Assembly (NCBI GenBank): GCA_947626765.1
Contig: CANQTQ010000002.1
Coordinates: forward strand, 3,055-67,054
Length of the DNA stretch: 64,000 nucleotides
Direction: 5' to 3'
DNA from: an uncultured Clostridia bacterium
GTDB taxonomy: Bacteria > Bacillota > Clostridia > TANB77 > CAG-508
The stretch's first letter is position 1, and each line of letters begins with the position of its first letter. The notes below the pieces were generated by a model. The model did no database searches, was not told the origin of the DNA, and was given only the letters and a program-made list of their open reading frames with translations. Below are positions 49,472 to 61,700 of this stretch, piece after piece. Made by a program: the position numbers and the translations under genes.

Positions 49472-50302
49472 TTACTTATTAACATATTTGCTAATAAAAA
49501 ATGAACCTAAAAATCCTAATACTAAACAAATAATGCTAGAAAAACCTGACATATCAAAACTAAAACCAGGATAAATTGCAAGAAGTGAACCTATTACAAA
49601 TCCAATAATTGCAAAATATGTATAACCATAAAAATGCTCTAGTAAAAAGTTGATAATCTTAGAAGCAAGTAATATACCAACTACTACACCAATTCCAAAT
49701 GGAATTAATACTAAAATATTTAAACTAGAAATAGCACTTATTATAGCAGAGTATGCACCAAGAAGTAATAAAATAAATGAACCGCTAATACCAGGTACAA
49801 CCATTGATACAGCTGAAATAACACCATAAATAAAAAGTAAAATAACATTAATAAAATTAATATCAAAACTTTCTACAGGGTTTCCAGCAATACCTAACAT
49901 TTCTAAAATTGCTAATACAATTCCAGTAGTAAAAGTTATAACTCCAGGAATTAAATATTTCCATGAAAATCCTTTTTCAACCGACTTTTTAAAAACAAAA
50001 GGAATACTTCCTAAAATTAATCCAATAAATGCAAATTGAGTTTGCATAGCGTAATTTTCTAGTGTAAATTTTAATAATTTGCTAAATGCTAGAATTCCAA
50101 TTCCAGCACCTAAAACAATAGGAATTAAAAACATCATATTCTTTTTAAAAGTTTCTTTAAAATTGTGAAAAAACGTACTAATAGTATGGATTAGTTCTTC
50201 GTAAATACCAGTTGATACTGCCATAGTACCACCGCTAACGCCAGGAATTACATTTGCAATTCCAATAATCATTCCTTTAAAAAAATTAATAATATGTTTC
50301 AT
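49472..50302 (-). CDS. DUF368-family membrane protein (proposed polyprenyl-phosphate transporter family)
   Basis: 276 aa. Duplicated PGVSGGTMAV / PGISGSFILLLLG motifs. Confidence 0.8.
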   Translation of the reverse strand: MKHIINFFKGMIIGIANVIPGVSGGTMAVSTGIYEELIHTISTFFHNFKETFKKNMMFLIPIVLGAGIGILAFSKLLKFTLENYAMQTQFAFIGLILGSIPFVFKKSVEKGFSWKYLIPGVITFTTGIVLAILEMLGIAGNPVESFDINFINVILLFIYGVISAVSMVVPGISGSFILLLLGAYSAIISAISSLNILVLIPFGIGVVVGILLASKIINFLLEHFYGYTYFAIIGFVIGSLLAIYPGFSFDMSGFSSIICLVLGFLGSFFISKYVNK

Positions 50303-50610
50303 AATATTCTAAACCTTTCTAATTTTTTAGACTTTCAAATTCTATCATTAAAATATTATAAAGTCAATTAGTTTGCTTATAGTTAATGGTAGGTTATATA
50401 GTCAATTAGTTTTATTATAATTAATTGCTTAAATATTAATTGCTTAAATAGTACTAATTTTCTTGTTTTTCAAATGCCCGTTGCAGTAAGCCAAGTTCAA
50501 AGAAGTAACTCAGAACGGGACCTTTCAAAACTGCGAAAAGTAGTACTATTTAAGCTTTAATGTAATTATAACTTATTAATCATATTTTTTAAAAAAATCC
50601 TCAAAAACCG

Positions 50611-50640
50611 TTGACATTATTAAATAAAACATGCTATACT
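50611..50640 (+). promoter_or_regulatory. Near-consensus sigma-A promoter about 340 nt upstream of rpoB
   Basis: TTGACA, 18 nt, (TGc)TATACT. Confidence 0.5.
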
Positions 50641-50756
50641 ATATTAGATATGTTTTAATGGCAAAAATTATATCAATATATATCAAAAAATATATATAGG
50701 GTGGTTAAAATAAAAAAGCTATTTTATAATATTTTAAATTAATAGCAAAAATAACA

Positions 50757-50792
50757 GTTGGCAGTTTAAATAAAAAATGCCAACCGTATTTT
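50757..50792 (+). promoter_or_regulatory. Terminator-like hairpin within the rpoB leader
   Basis: gttggca-14 nt-tgccaac, then cgtaTTTTTg. Confidence 0.4.
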
Positions 50793-50983
50793 TGTTGTCT
50801 TTTAAGTTTTAGTTATGTTAATTTAAATAAGAAGAGGAATTGCCTATTTTTATTTACGGATTAAAGTGTTTTGAGAGCAGAAAGCATGTTTAATTTGTAA
50901 ACTAATAATAGAAACAAGAAGGACTTCTTATTTGAAATCAATATATATTTATTTCTGCTTAATATTTTTTAGGGGTGATTTTT

Positions 50984-53900
50984 TTGTTAAAGGAAGTTAA
51001 GCACGAGAAATGCTCTCGTAAAACTTTTGCAAAAATCGGCGATTCAATCGAAATGCCAAATTTAATTCAAGTTCAAAAAGATTCTTACAATTGGTTTCTT
51101 GAAGAAGGCTTAGGAGAAGTATTAAGAGATATTTCACCAATCATAGACTATTCTGGAAACTTAGTACTTGAATTCTTAGATTACTATATGGAAGACAAAA
51201 CTAAATACACATTAGAAGAAGCCAAAGAACGTGATGCTACATATTCTACAAGATTACATGTAAAAGTAAGACTTATTAACCGTGAAACAGGAGAAATTAA
51301 AGAACAAGAAATTTATCTTGGGGATTTTCCTCTTATGACAGATAGCGGAACCTTTGTTATAAACGGTGCAGAAAGAGTTGTAGTAAGCCAATTAGTACGT
51401 TCTCCAGGATGCTATTATGCAGAAGATTTCGATTCAAAAACAGGTAAAAAAATATATACTTCTACTGTTATGCCTATTCGTGGTGCATGGATAGAATATG
51501 AAACAGACGGAAACGACGTATTTTATGCTAGAGTAGATAGAACTAGAAAAATACCTGTAACTACTTTATTAAGAGCAATTGGATTAACTACAGATGAACA
51601 AATTATAGAACTTTTTGGAGAAGAAAACAAATTAACAGCAACAATTCAAAAAGATCCTATAAAAACTCAGGAAGAAGCTTTAGTTGAAATTTACAAAAAA
51701 TTAAGACCAGGAGAACTTCCAACAGCAGATGCTGCTAGAAACTTATTTAATGGATTATTTTTCGATCCAAGAAGATATGACTTAGCAAAAGTAGGAAGAT
51801 ATAAATTTAATCAAAAGCTAAGTTTAGCTACTAGAATTACAGGTAGAATTGCTTATAATGACATTATAGACCCAGAAACAGGCGAAGTATTAGTAGAAAA
51901 AGATAATTCTATTTCAGAAGACGTAGCAATAGCTATTCAAAATTCTGGTATTAATATAGTAGATGTTAAAGTAGAAGACAAACCAGTTAGAGTTATTGGT
52001 AATGGTACAGTTAATATTCATAGCATTTTACCAAAAGTAGATTTAAGCGATTTACACATTAAAGAAATGGTAAATTATGAAGTTTTAAAATCTATTATCG
52101 ATAATACAAACAAAAAAGATTTACATGATGCTATAAAAGAAAGAATAGATGAATTAAATCCAAAACACATTACAAACGAAGACATTATCGCTTCAATTAG
52201 CTATTTACTAAACTTAGAACATGGTTTAGGAAATGTAGATGATATAGACCATTTAGGAAATAGACGTATTCGTTGTGTAGGTGAATTATTACAAAACCAA
52301 TTTAGAATTGGTTTAACAAGACTAGAAAGAGTTGTTCGTGAAAGAATGACAATTCAAGACTTAGATGTAATAACACCACAAACATTAATTAATACAAAAC
52401 CAATAACATCTTCTATTAGAGAATTCTTTGGAAGTTCACAATTATCACAATTTATGGACCAAACAAACCCACTTTCAGAGCTAACTCATAAAAGAAGAAT
52501 TTCAGCATTAGGACCTGGTGGACTTTCTCGTGAAAGAGCTGGTTTCGAAGTTCGTGATATTCACTATACTCACTATGGTAGATTATGTCCTATTGAATCA
52601 CCAGAAGGACCAAACGTAGGATTAATTTCAGCACTTTCATCATTTGCTATTATAAATGAATATGGTTTTATAGAAACACCATATAGAAAAGTAGACCATA
52701 AAACAGGAAAGGTTACAGACGAAGTAGTATACATGTCTGCTGACCAAGAAGATAAATACATTATTGCACAAGCATCAGAACCATTAGATAAAGACAACAG
52801 ATTTGTACATGATAGAATTCGTGTACGTTTCAGAGAAGAAGTTACAATGGTTGATAAAAACCAAGTAGACTTTGTAGATGTATCACCAAAGCAATTAGTA
52901 TCTGTTGCAGCAGCTATGATTCCATTCTTAGAGCATGATGATACAAAACGTTCTTTAATGGGTGCAAACATGCAACGTCAAGCAGTTCCACTACTTATGC
53001 CAGAAGCTCCTATTGTAGGAACAGGTATCGAATACAGAGCAGCTAAGGACTCTGGAATTACAGTAATGGCAGAAAATGATGGTATTGTTGAAAAAGTTAC
53101 TGGAGACGAAATTAAAATTAGAAATAAAAAAGACGAAGTAGATACATATCACCTAAGAAAATTCAAAAGAACTAACGGTGGAACATGTATTAACCAAAGA
53201 CCAGTTGTAAGCGTTGGCGAAAGAGTAAAAGCAGGAGACCTAATTGCAGATGGACCAGCTACTAAAAATGGAGAAATGGCATTAGGAAGAAATGTACTTA
53301 TAGCTTTCACAACTTGGGAAGGTTACAACTACGAGGATGCTGTTTTAATTAGTGAAAGATTAGTTAAAGAAGATGTTTATACATCTATTCACATTGAAGA
53401 ATACGATTGTGAATGCCGTGATACAAAATTAGGACCAGAAGAAATTACACGTGATATTCCAAATGTTGGAGACGACAGCTTAAAAGACCTAGATGAAAAC
53501 GGAATTATTAGAATTGGTGCAGAAGTTAGACCAGGAGATATTTTAGTTGGTAAAGTTACTCCAAAAGGAGAAACAGAACTTACTGCAGAAGAAAGATTAC
53601 TTCGTGCAATATTTGGAGAAAAAGCTAGAGAAGTTAGAGATACATCACTTCGTGTACCACATGGAGAAGCAGGAACAATAGTTGATGTTAAAATCTTTAC
53701 AAGAGATAATTCAGACGAATTAGCACCAGGAGTAAATCAAGTTATTCGTTGCTACATTGCAACAAAAAGAAAAGTATCTGTTGGAGATAAAATGTCAGGT
53801 CGTCATGGTAACAAAGGTGTTATTTCTCGTATATTACCAGAAGAAGATATGCCATTTTTACCAGATGGTACACCAGTAGATATAGTATTAAACCCACTTG

Positions 53901-54733
53901 GTGTTCCTTCTCGTATGAATTTAGGCCAAGTTCTAGAAGTTCACTTAGGAATGGCAGCAAGAGCACTTGGAATTAAAGTTGCAACACCTGTATTTGATGG
54001 TGCAACAGATGAAGAAATAAAAGAATTATTAAAAGAAGCAGGACTTAGAGAAGATGGAAAAACAGTAGTATATGATGGTAGAACAGGTGAACCTTTTGAT
54101 CATCCAATTACTGTAGGAGTAATGTATATGCTAAAATTACACCACTTAGTAGACGATAAAATACATGCTCGTTCAACTGGACCATACTCATTAGTTACAC
54201 AACAACCTCTAGGTGGTAAAGCACAATTTGGTGGACAACGTTTTGGTGAAATGGAGGTTTGGGCACTAGAAGCTTATGGTGCAGCATATACACTTCAAGA
54301 AATGCTAACTGTTAAATCAGATGATATTGTAGGAAGGGTAAAAACTTACGAAGCTATAGTTAAAGGTGAAAATGTACCAGAGCCAGGAGTTCCAGAAGGA
54401 TTTAAAGTATTAATAAAAGAACTTCAATCTTTAGGACTAGATGTAAGACTTCTATCAGAAGATAATAAAGAACTAGAACTAAAAGAAAACATTGAAGATG
54501 GCATTGATTTTAATAGTGTTGAAGATAGCAGAAAACTGGAAGAACAAGTTGTAGATGAATCTGAACTTTCAGATAGTTACATTGAAGCAAATGAAGACGA
54601 CATAGATTCATTAGAAGATAATGAAGAAGATGATGCTTTATTTACAGACTTTGATGATGACGAAATTTTATTAGATGATACAGATTTAGGAGAAGATAAT
54701 CTTCTAAATGACCAAGACTTACTTGATGAATAA
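50984..54733 (+). CDS. rpoB: DNA-directed RNA polymerase beta subunit
   Basis: Unmistakable RpoB ([17 protein letters not shown] and others). TTG at 50984 lies 8 nt after AGGGG; the GTG at 50975 overlaps the RBS. Long acidic C-terminal tail. Confidence 0.95.
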   Translation: MLKEVKHEKCSRKTFAKIGDSIEMPNLIQVQKDSYNWFLEEGLGEVLRDISPIIDYSGNLVLEFLDYYMEDKTKYTLEEAKERDATYSTRLHVKVRLINRETGEIKEQEIYLGDFPLMTDSGTFVINGAERVVVSQLVRSPGCYYAEDFDSKTGKKIYTSTVMPIRGAWIEYETDGNDVFYARVDRTRKIPVTTLLRAIGLTTDEQIIELFGEENKLTATIQKDPIKTQEEALVEIYKKLRPGELPTADAARNLFNGLFFDPRRYDLAKVGRYKFNQKLSLATRITGRIAYNDIIDPETGEVLVEKDNSISEDVAIAIQNSGINIVDVKVEDKPVRVIGNGTVNIHSILPKVDLSDLHIKEMVNYEVLKSIIDNTNKKDLHDAIKERIDELNPKHITNEDIIASISYLLNLEHGLGNVDDIDHLGNRRIRCVGELLQNQFRIGLTRLERVVRERMTIQDLDVITPQTLINTKPITSSIREFFGSSQLSQFMDQTNPLSELTHKRRISALGPGGLSRERAGFEVRDIHYTHYGRLCPIESPEGPNVGLISALSSFAIINEYGFIETPYRKVDHKTGKVTDEVVYMSADQEDKYIIAQASEPLDKDNRFVHDRIRVRFREEVTMVDKNQVDFVDVSPKQLVSVAAAMIPFLEHDDTKRSLMGANMQRQAVPLLMPEAPIVGTGIEYRAAKDSGITVMAENDGIVEKVTGDEIKIRNKKDEVDTYHLRKFKRTNGGTCINQRPVVSVGERVKAGDLIADGPATKNGEMALGRNVLIAFTTWEGYNYEDAVLISERLVKEDVYTSIHIEEYDCECRDTKLGPEEITRDIPNVGDDSLKDLDENGIIRIGAEVRPGDILVGKVTPKGETELTAEERLLRAIFGEKAREVRDTSLRVPHGEAGTIVDVKIFTRDNSDELAPGVNQVIRCYIATKRKVSVGDKMSGRHGNKGVISRILPEEDMPFLPDGTPVDIVLNPLGVPSRMNLGQVLEVHLGMAARALGIKVATPVFDGATDEEIKELLKEAGLREDGKTVVYDGRTGEPFDHPITVGVMYMLKLHHLVDDKIHARSTGPYSLVTQQPLGGKAQFGGQRFGEMEVWALEAYGAAYTLQEMLTVKSDDIVGRVKTYEAIVKGENVPEPGVPEGFKVLIKELQSLGLDVRLLSEDNKELELKENIEDGIDFNSVEDSRKLEEQVVDESELSDSYIEANEDDIDSLEDNEEDDALFTDFDDDEILLDDTDLGEDNLLNDQDLLDE

Positions 54734-54783
54734 ACAAGAGCTTTTTATAATAATAAAAGCAAGTTTATGAAAAAAATAAACTA

Positions 54784-54819
54784 TTATTTCAAGCTTTGAA
54801 AAAGCAAAGCTTGAAATAA
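54784..54819 (+). promoter_or_regulatory. Perfect 15-bp stem hairpin in the 249-nt rpoB-rpoC spacer
   Basis: ttatttcaagctttg-aaaaag-caaagcttgaaataa. No clean T-run follows. Confidence 0.5.
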
Positions 54820-54982
54820 TAAATTTAATACATATAAAATTAATTAAATAGCCTTTATAATCGTAATAAAATAATGACCAAAAGGAATTGTACAGCGGTG
54901 GAAATTATTTTAAAAATGGATTATGAAAAACCAAAGATAGGAAAACCTATTTAAAGAAAATAAATATTAGGGGGCTAAAAAA

Positions 54983-57900
54983 GTGGATGAATTAGATATT
55001 TTTGACAAAATAAAAATAGGATTAGCATCAGATGAAAAAATTAGAGAGTGGTCAAAAGGTGAAGTTAAAAAACCAGAAACCATTAATTACAGAACATTAA
55101 AACCAGAAAAAGATGGTCTATTTTGTGAAAGAATATTTGGACCAACCAAAGACTGGGAATGTCATTGTGGAAAATATAAGAGAGTAAGATATAAAGGAAT
55201 TGTATGCGATAGATGTGGTGTAGAAGTTACTAAATCTAAAGTTAGACGTGAAAGAATGGGACATATTGAACTTGCAGCTCCAGTTGCTCATATTTGGTAT
55301 TTTAAAGGAATTCCAAGTAGAATTGGGTTAATGCTTGATATTTCACCAAGAAGTCTAGAAAAAGTTATTTACTTTGCATCATACATTGTAGTAGATAAAG
55401 GAACAAGTGGACTAGTAAAATGCCAAGTATTATCTGAAAAAGAATACCATGAAGCAGAAGAAAAATATGGTGTGGGTTCTTTCAAAGCAAAAATGGGAGC
55501 AGAAGCAATTCAAGAACTATTGCAAGAAATAGATGTAGAAAAATTAGCAGAAAAGCTAAAAAAAGAACTTGAAAAAGCAAGTGAACAAAAAAAGGCAAAA
55601 TTAGTAAAAAGACTAGATACAGTAGAATCATTTAGATTATCTCAAAATAAACCTGAATGGATGATAATGAATGTAATTCCAGTTATTCCACCAGATTTAA
55701 GACCAATGGTACAATTAGATGGTGGTAGATTTGCAACATCAGACTTAAACGATTTATATCGTAGAGTTATAAACAGAAATAATCGTTTAAAAAGACTACT
55801 AGAATTAGGAGCACCAGAAATTATAGTACGTAACGAAAAAAGAATGTTACAAGAAGCAGTAGATGCCCTAATAGATAATGGCAGACGTGGCAGACCAGTT
55901 ACTGGTGCAGGAAATAGAGCATTAAAATCATTATCAGATTTATTAAAAGGAAAACAAGGTAGATTCCGTCAAAACTTACTTGGAAAACGTGTAGACTATT
56001 CAGGTCGTTCAGTTATAGTAGTAGGACCAGAACTTAAATTATATCAATGTGGTGTACCAAAAGAAATGGCAGTTGAATTATTTAAGCCATTTGTTATGAA
56101 GGAACTAGTAGGACGTGGAATAGCACACAATATTAAAAATGCAAAAAGAATGGTAGAAAGATTAAGACCAGAAGTATGGGACATTCTAGAAGATGTTATT
56201 AAAGACCATCCAGTACTTCTAAACCGTGCACCTACATTACATAGACTTGGTATTCAAGCATTTGAACCAGTTTTAGTAGAAGGTAGAGCAATTAAACTTC
56301 ACCCATTAGTATGTACTGCATTTAACGCAGACTTTGATGGTGACCAAATGGCTATTCACTTACCATTATCACCAGAAGCACAAGCAGAAGCAAGATACTT
56401 AATGCTTTCAGTTAATAACTTATTAAAACCACAAGATGGCAAACCAGTAACAGTACCTACACAAGATATGATTTTAGGAAGTTATTACTTAACAATGGAA
56501 GTAGCAGGTGAACAAGGAGAAGGAAACTACTATTCTTCACCAGAAGAAGCAGTAATTGCATATGTAAATCATGATTTAGGTTTACATGCAAAAATATTTG
56601 TTAGAATTGAAAAAGAAATAGATGGAGTTCTAGAAAGACGCAAAGTTGAAACAACAGTTGGAAGATTAATATACAATGAGGGTATACCACAAAACTTAGG
56701 TTTTGTAGATAGAAGTAAACCTGAAAATTTATTTGAACCAGAAATTAACTTTGCAGTTTCTAAGAAAAACTTAGGTAAAATTATTGAAAAATCAATTAAC
56801 AGTAACGGCTTAAGTGCAACAGCAGAATTATTAGACTATGTTAAAGCAATGGGCTTCAAACATTCTACAACAGCTGGCATTACAGTTTCTGTAGATGATG
56901 TTAAAGTGCCAGAAGCTAAAAAAGAAATATTAGCAAAGGCTAATGATGAAGTTAACAATGTATTAAAGCAATATAAACGTGGTTTAATTACTAACGATGA
57001 ACGTTATAATTCAGTAATTAAAATTTGGGAAAAAGCTACAGATGATGTTACAGAAGCAATGAAAAACAATTTTGAAGATTTAAACCCAGTTTATATGATG
57101 AGTCAATCTGGAGCAAGAGGTAACTTAAACCAATTAAGACAAATTGCTGGTATGCGTGGACTTATGGCAAGTACTACTGGTAAAACAATTGAAATTCCAA
57201 TTACGTCTTCTTTCCGTGAAGGTCTAGATGCACTAGAATACTTCATTTCAGCTCACGGTGCTAGAAAAGGTTTAGCAGATACAGCTTTAAGAACAGCAGA
57301 CTCAGGTTACTTAACAAGAAGATTAGTTGATGTATCACAAGACATTATAGTTCGTGAAGATGACTGTGGAACACATGAAGGAATTGTTGTAGCAGATATT
57401 AAAGATGGAAATCAAGTAATTGAAAAACTAGAAGAAAGATTAATTGGTAGATATCCATTAGAAACAATTATAGATCCAACAACTAAAGAAGTAATTGTAG
57501 ATACTAACACTATGATTACAGAAAAAATAGCAGAAAAAATAATCAGAACAGGAATGGAAAAAGTACCTGTACGTTCTGTATTAGGCTGCCGTACAAAACA
57601 TGGTGTATGTCGTAAATGCTATGGTATGGGATTAGCAACTCGTGATGAAGTAAATATTGGTGAATCTGTTGGTATTATTGCAGCACAATCTATTGGTGAA
57701 CCTGGTACACAGCTTACAATGAGAACTATTCACTCTGGTGGTGTTGCAGGTGTAGCAGATATTACACAAGGTCTTCCTAGAGTTGAAGAGCTATTTGAAG
57801 CTAGAAAACCAAAGGGATTAGCAGTAATTACAGAAATTGATGGTGTTGTTAAAGTATCAGAAGACAAAAAGAAGAAAGAAGTTACTGTTACATCAGATGA

Positions 57901-58498
57901 TAATTCTAAAACTTATGCAATACCATTTAGATCTAAATTACGTGTTAAAGATGGAGATTTTGTAGAAGCTGGAGATGCATTAATTGAAGGTGCTATTAAT
58001 CCAAATGAAATATTACTAATTAAAGGACCAGAAGGAGTATACAACTACTTAATTCAAGAAGTTCAAAAAGTTTACCGTAACCAAGGTGTTGATATAAACG
58101 ATAAACACATTGAAGTAATTGGTAGACAAATGCTTAAGAAAGTAAGAGTAGAAGACAATGGAGATACAGACATGTTTGCAGGATCTTTAGTAGATGTTTA
58201 TGAATTTGAAGACAAAAACGAAGAAGCAATAGCACAAGGTAAAAAACCAGCAACAGGAAAACGTATATTACTTGGAATTACTAAAGCATCACTTGCTACA
58301 GAAAGTTTCTTATCTGCAGCTTCATTCCAAGAAACAACAAGAGTATTAACAGAAGCAGCAGTTAAAGGAAAAGTAGATGAACTAATTGGACTAAAAGAAA
58401 ATGTTATTATTGGTAAATTAATTCCTGCAGGAACAGGACTTCCAATATATAAAAATACTCATATTAATACAGAGGAAATATCAGAAGAGGTAAATTAG
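54983..58498 (+). CDS. rpoC: DNA-directed RNA polymerase beta' subunit
   Basis: 1171 aa with the NADFDGDQM catalytic motif. GTG start after GGGGG. Confidence 0.95.
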   Translation: MDELDIFDKIKIGLASDEKIREWSKGEVKKPETINYRTLKPEKDGLFCERIFGPTKDWECHCGKYKRVRYKGIVCDRCGVEVTKSKVRRERMGHIELAAPVAHIWYFKGIPSRIGLMLDISPRSLEKVIYFASYIVVDKGTSGLVKCQVLSEKEYHEAEEKYGVGSFKAKMGAEAIQELLQEIDVEKLAEKLKKELEKASEQKKAKLVKRLDTVESFRLSQNKPEWMIMNVIPVIPPDLRPMVQLDGGRFATSDLNDLYRRVINRNNRLKRLLELGAPEIIVRNEKRMLQEAVDALIDNGRRGRPVTGAGNRALKSLSDLLKGKQGRFRQNLLGKRVDYSGRSVIVVGPELKLYQCGVPKEMAVELFKPFVMKELVGRGIAHNIKNAKRMVERLRPEVWDILEDVIKDHPVLLNRAPTLHRLGIQAFEPVLVEGRAIKLHPLVCTAFNADFDGDQMAIHLPLSPEAQAEARYLMLSVNNLLKPQDGKPVTVPTQDMILGSYYLTMEVAGEQGEGNYYSSPEEAVIAYVNHDLGLHAKIFVRIEKEIDGVLERRKVETTVGRLIYNEGIPQNLGFVDRSKPENLFEPEINFAVSKKNLGKIIEKSINSNGLSATAELLDYVKAMGFKHSTTAGITVSVDDVKVPEAKKEILAKANDEVNNVLKQYKRGLITNDERYNSVIKIWEKATDDVTEAMKNNFEDLNPVYMMSQSGARGNLNQLRQIAGMRGLMASTTGKTIEIPITSSFREGLDALEYFISAHGARKGLADTALRTADSGYLTRRLVDVSQDIIVREDDCGTHEGIVVADIKDGNQVIEKLEERLIGRYPLETIIDPTTKEVIVDTNTMITEKIAEKIIRTGMEKVPVRSVLGCRTKHGVCRKCYGMGLATRDEVNIGESVGIIAAQSIGEPGTQLTMRTIHSGGVAGVADITQGLPRVEELFEARKPKGLAVITEIDGVVKVSEDKKKKEVTVTSDDNSKTYAIPFRSKLRVKDGDFVEAGDALIEGAINPNEILLIKGPEGVYNYLIQEVQKVYRNQGVDINDKHIEVIGRQMLKKVRVEDNGDTDMFAGSLVDVYEFEDKNEEAIAQGKKPATGKRILLGITKASLATESFLSAASFQETTRVLTEAAVKGKVDELIGLKENVIIGKLIPAGTGLPIYKNTHINTEEISEEVN

Positions 58499-58506
58499 CA
58501 AATTAT

Positions 58507-58540
58507 AAAGTGGAGATTACTTATATCTCCACTTTAATTA
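58507..58540 (+). terminator. Hairpin terminator after rpoC
   Basis: aaagtggagat-7 nt-atctccacttt. Confidence 0.6.
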
Positions 58541-58743
58541 TGTATAAATAATTAATTAAAATATTACATATATAATAAATATAGCATAAAATGCCATATT
58601 CCTTAGTAAAATGCCAATATATATAATAAATGAAATATAAATGTAATATATATTTAATATTATAAATAGTGGCATAAAATAAAAATATCCGTAGCAAAAA
58701 AAATTATAAAGTAATAAAATGCTAAATATGTAAAATATTGATA

Positions 58744-58773
58744 TTGACATATTTACAAATAAATAATTATAAT
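58744..58773 (+). promoter_or_regulatory. Consensus sigma-A promoter of the adhesin gene
   Basis: TTGACA, 18 nt, TATAAT, 25 nt upstream of the ATG at 58799. Confidence 0.55.
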
Positions 58774-58798
58774 TAATATAGAGAGAAGGAGACAAAAA

Positions 58799-61700
58799 AT
58801 GAAACGAAGAAAAGTTGTACTATTAATTGTATTATTTATATTATTTCTAGTATTTGAAATGTTTTCCAATGTGCAAGCCGCAACAAGTAGCCCAGGGAAA
58901 ACCCTATGCATTAAGTTTTTAAGAGAATCAGGCTATGGTTATATATTAGGCAATAGTAATAAAAAAATATGGAAAATTTATGAATTAAATGGTAAAAAAG
59001 GACAAACTATATATTGCTTAAAAGGTGGACCTGGCTTTGGTTCTTATGAAGCAACAATAAAGCAACAAATATATAATCAAAATTTTAATTTAAGAGAATT
59101 TGAAGAAATTCCAACACTATATAAAAGTGCTTTACCTACTAATACTAAAAATTTTGCATCTTTAATGTGGCTTTTAGATAACATTTATGTACCGGCAGTT
59201 GAAAATGCATCTCAAAATGAAAGAGATGGAGCAACACAAAATAAAAATGTTCTATTAGAAGCTGCTCAAAATTATGCTGATACATTACCAACTGAACCAG
59301 ACCTTTTGTGTTTAACAGATGACGATATAGATGCAGTACAACAATTAGCAATATGGTATTTTACCAATAGTGAAGAGGATTATCATATATCTAGTAAAGA
59401 ATTTACATTCTATCTAAATTCAGCAGCTAATATTGAAAGTAGTGTAACACAACCATTAACTAATTTTCGTGAAGATGGTTGGGAAAGACAAAGTGCGTGT
59501 GTAGCTTTATTTAAATACTTAGTAAAAACAGCTGAAGATAATTCAAACTATGATTATAATAATATTTCACAAACAAGACCTGTAGAGTTTGAAGATACAA
59601 CAATTATTGGTGAAAAGAAAAATGGTAGATTAATATTAGGACCATATAAAATAAAAGATTTAGGAAGCAATTCTGACTATTCATTAAATGCAGAAGTAAC
59701 AACAGCAGACGGAAGTAAAGTTACAAATGTTAAATATTTAAAAAATGATAAAAATACTAGTGTAAGCAATATTAAAGATTTAGTAGGACAGAGCTTTTAT
59801 ATTTCTGTTCCAGATAATACTGATACTAAAAATATAAAGTTAAAAATTTCAGGCTCTTTCTTTACAACAAAAGCAACTTACTGGTCAGTAGAGAATCAAC
59901 AACCAGAAAAAGATCAACCTGTAGTTATTTTAGAGAAGAAAACAATATCATTTGAAGATGAAAAGACTTATACAGAAAAAATATTTGATTTAGCATTAAG
60001 AAAATTTATCATCCAAATTGGTAATGAGGAAATAAAAAGCGGAAACAAATATTCAAGAGAACCAGTTATTTCATCAGAGGAATTACAAAAATTGCAAAAT
60101 GGAAGTGTTACTACTGCAAATAAAGTTCATACAAAAACTCCATTACCAGTAAAAACAGGAGATAAAGTTGTATATAAAATAAGAGTATATAATGAGGGAG
60201 AAGTAGCAGGATATGCTAAAAAAGTAACAGACTATTTACCAGAAGGACTAGATTATGTAACAGATAGTGATATTAATAGAAATAATGGATGGCAATATTC
60301 ATCATCAGATAGATCAGTAACAACTACTCATCTAGAAAATCAATTAATAAATGCATTTAATGGAGAAACTTTATCTTATAAAGACTTAGAAATAGAATGC
60401 CAAGTTTCAGCAATTGCAAGTTCAAGTATTACAGAATTAACTAATATTGCAGAAATTACAGAACATCAAGATAAAGATGGAAATATGGTTCCATTAAAAG
60501 ATAGAGATTCAGAGCCAGGAAATGTAAATAAAGAACAATATAAAACAGAAGTAAAAAGTCAACAAGATGATGATGATTTTGAAAGACTAGTTTTATCAGA
60601 AGCTGTGGGAGATTATAGCATAGAATTAGAAAAAGTAGATTCAAAAGATGAAACAAAAAAACTACAAGGAGCAGAATTTAAAGTAACAATTGATGAACAG
60701 TCACAAATATGTACTACAAATTCACAAGGAAAATTTTCAATAAGTAAAATATCAATTACGAACGAAAATACACAAACTATTAAAATAGAAGAAATAAAAG
60801 CACCTACTGGCTATAGTAATCAAAAACCAAGTATTACTTTAACAGTTGAAACAGAATTGAAAGATGGAAAATATGTTATTAAACAGGTAACATCTACACA
60901 AGCACAAGGCTTTACAATGAGCTTTAACTCTGGAAAAATTAGTATGCAATTAAAAAATTATCAGCTTGATTTAGCCTTAAGAAAATTCATTATAAAGATT
61001 GCAGATAAAGATATAAAAGAAGAAAATAAATATATAAGAGAGCCAGATATTTCAAGTGAACAACTAAAAAAATTACAAGATGGAACTGTAACAACAGCAG
61101 ATAAAGTACATACAAAAGAACCTTTAGAAGTAAAAACTGGAGATAGAGTAGTATACATTATTAGAGTATACAATGAAGGAGAAATTGCAGCATATGCTAA
61201 AAAGGTAACAGACTATTTACCAGAAGGCTTAAAATTTGTAGAAAATAGTAACATAAATAATGAATATCATTGGACAAATCCTTCAGAAGATGGAAAAACT
61301 ATTGAAACAGATTATTTGCAAAATGAATTACTAAGAGCATTTAATGGAAATGCTTTAGATTATAGAGATATAAAAATTGAATGTGAGGTAATAGCTTTAC
61401 CAGATGCTACAAATAAAGAATTAACTAATATAGCAGAAATAACAGAACATAGTGATGAATATGGAGATAAAACAGTAAAAGATAGAGACTCAGAGCCAAA
61501 AAATGTAGATAAAGAAAATTATGAAAATAAAAGCCAACAAGATGATGATGACTTTGAAAGACTAACTTTAAAGAAAGCTACTGGTGAATATGAAGTAGAA
61601 CTAGAAAAATTAGATTCACAATATAGTGCAAAAAAATTACAAGGAGCAGAATTTAAAGTAATTGTTAATGGTGGTGAACCACAAACTTGTACTACAAATG

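Noticed and set aside
58556-58795. 79-aa minus-strand ORF between rpoC and adhesin C.
   Set aside because: It is pure Ile/Tyr/Phe/Asn low complexity in an AT-rich promoter region. It overlaps the consensus promoter of the adhesin gene.
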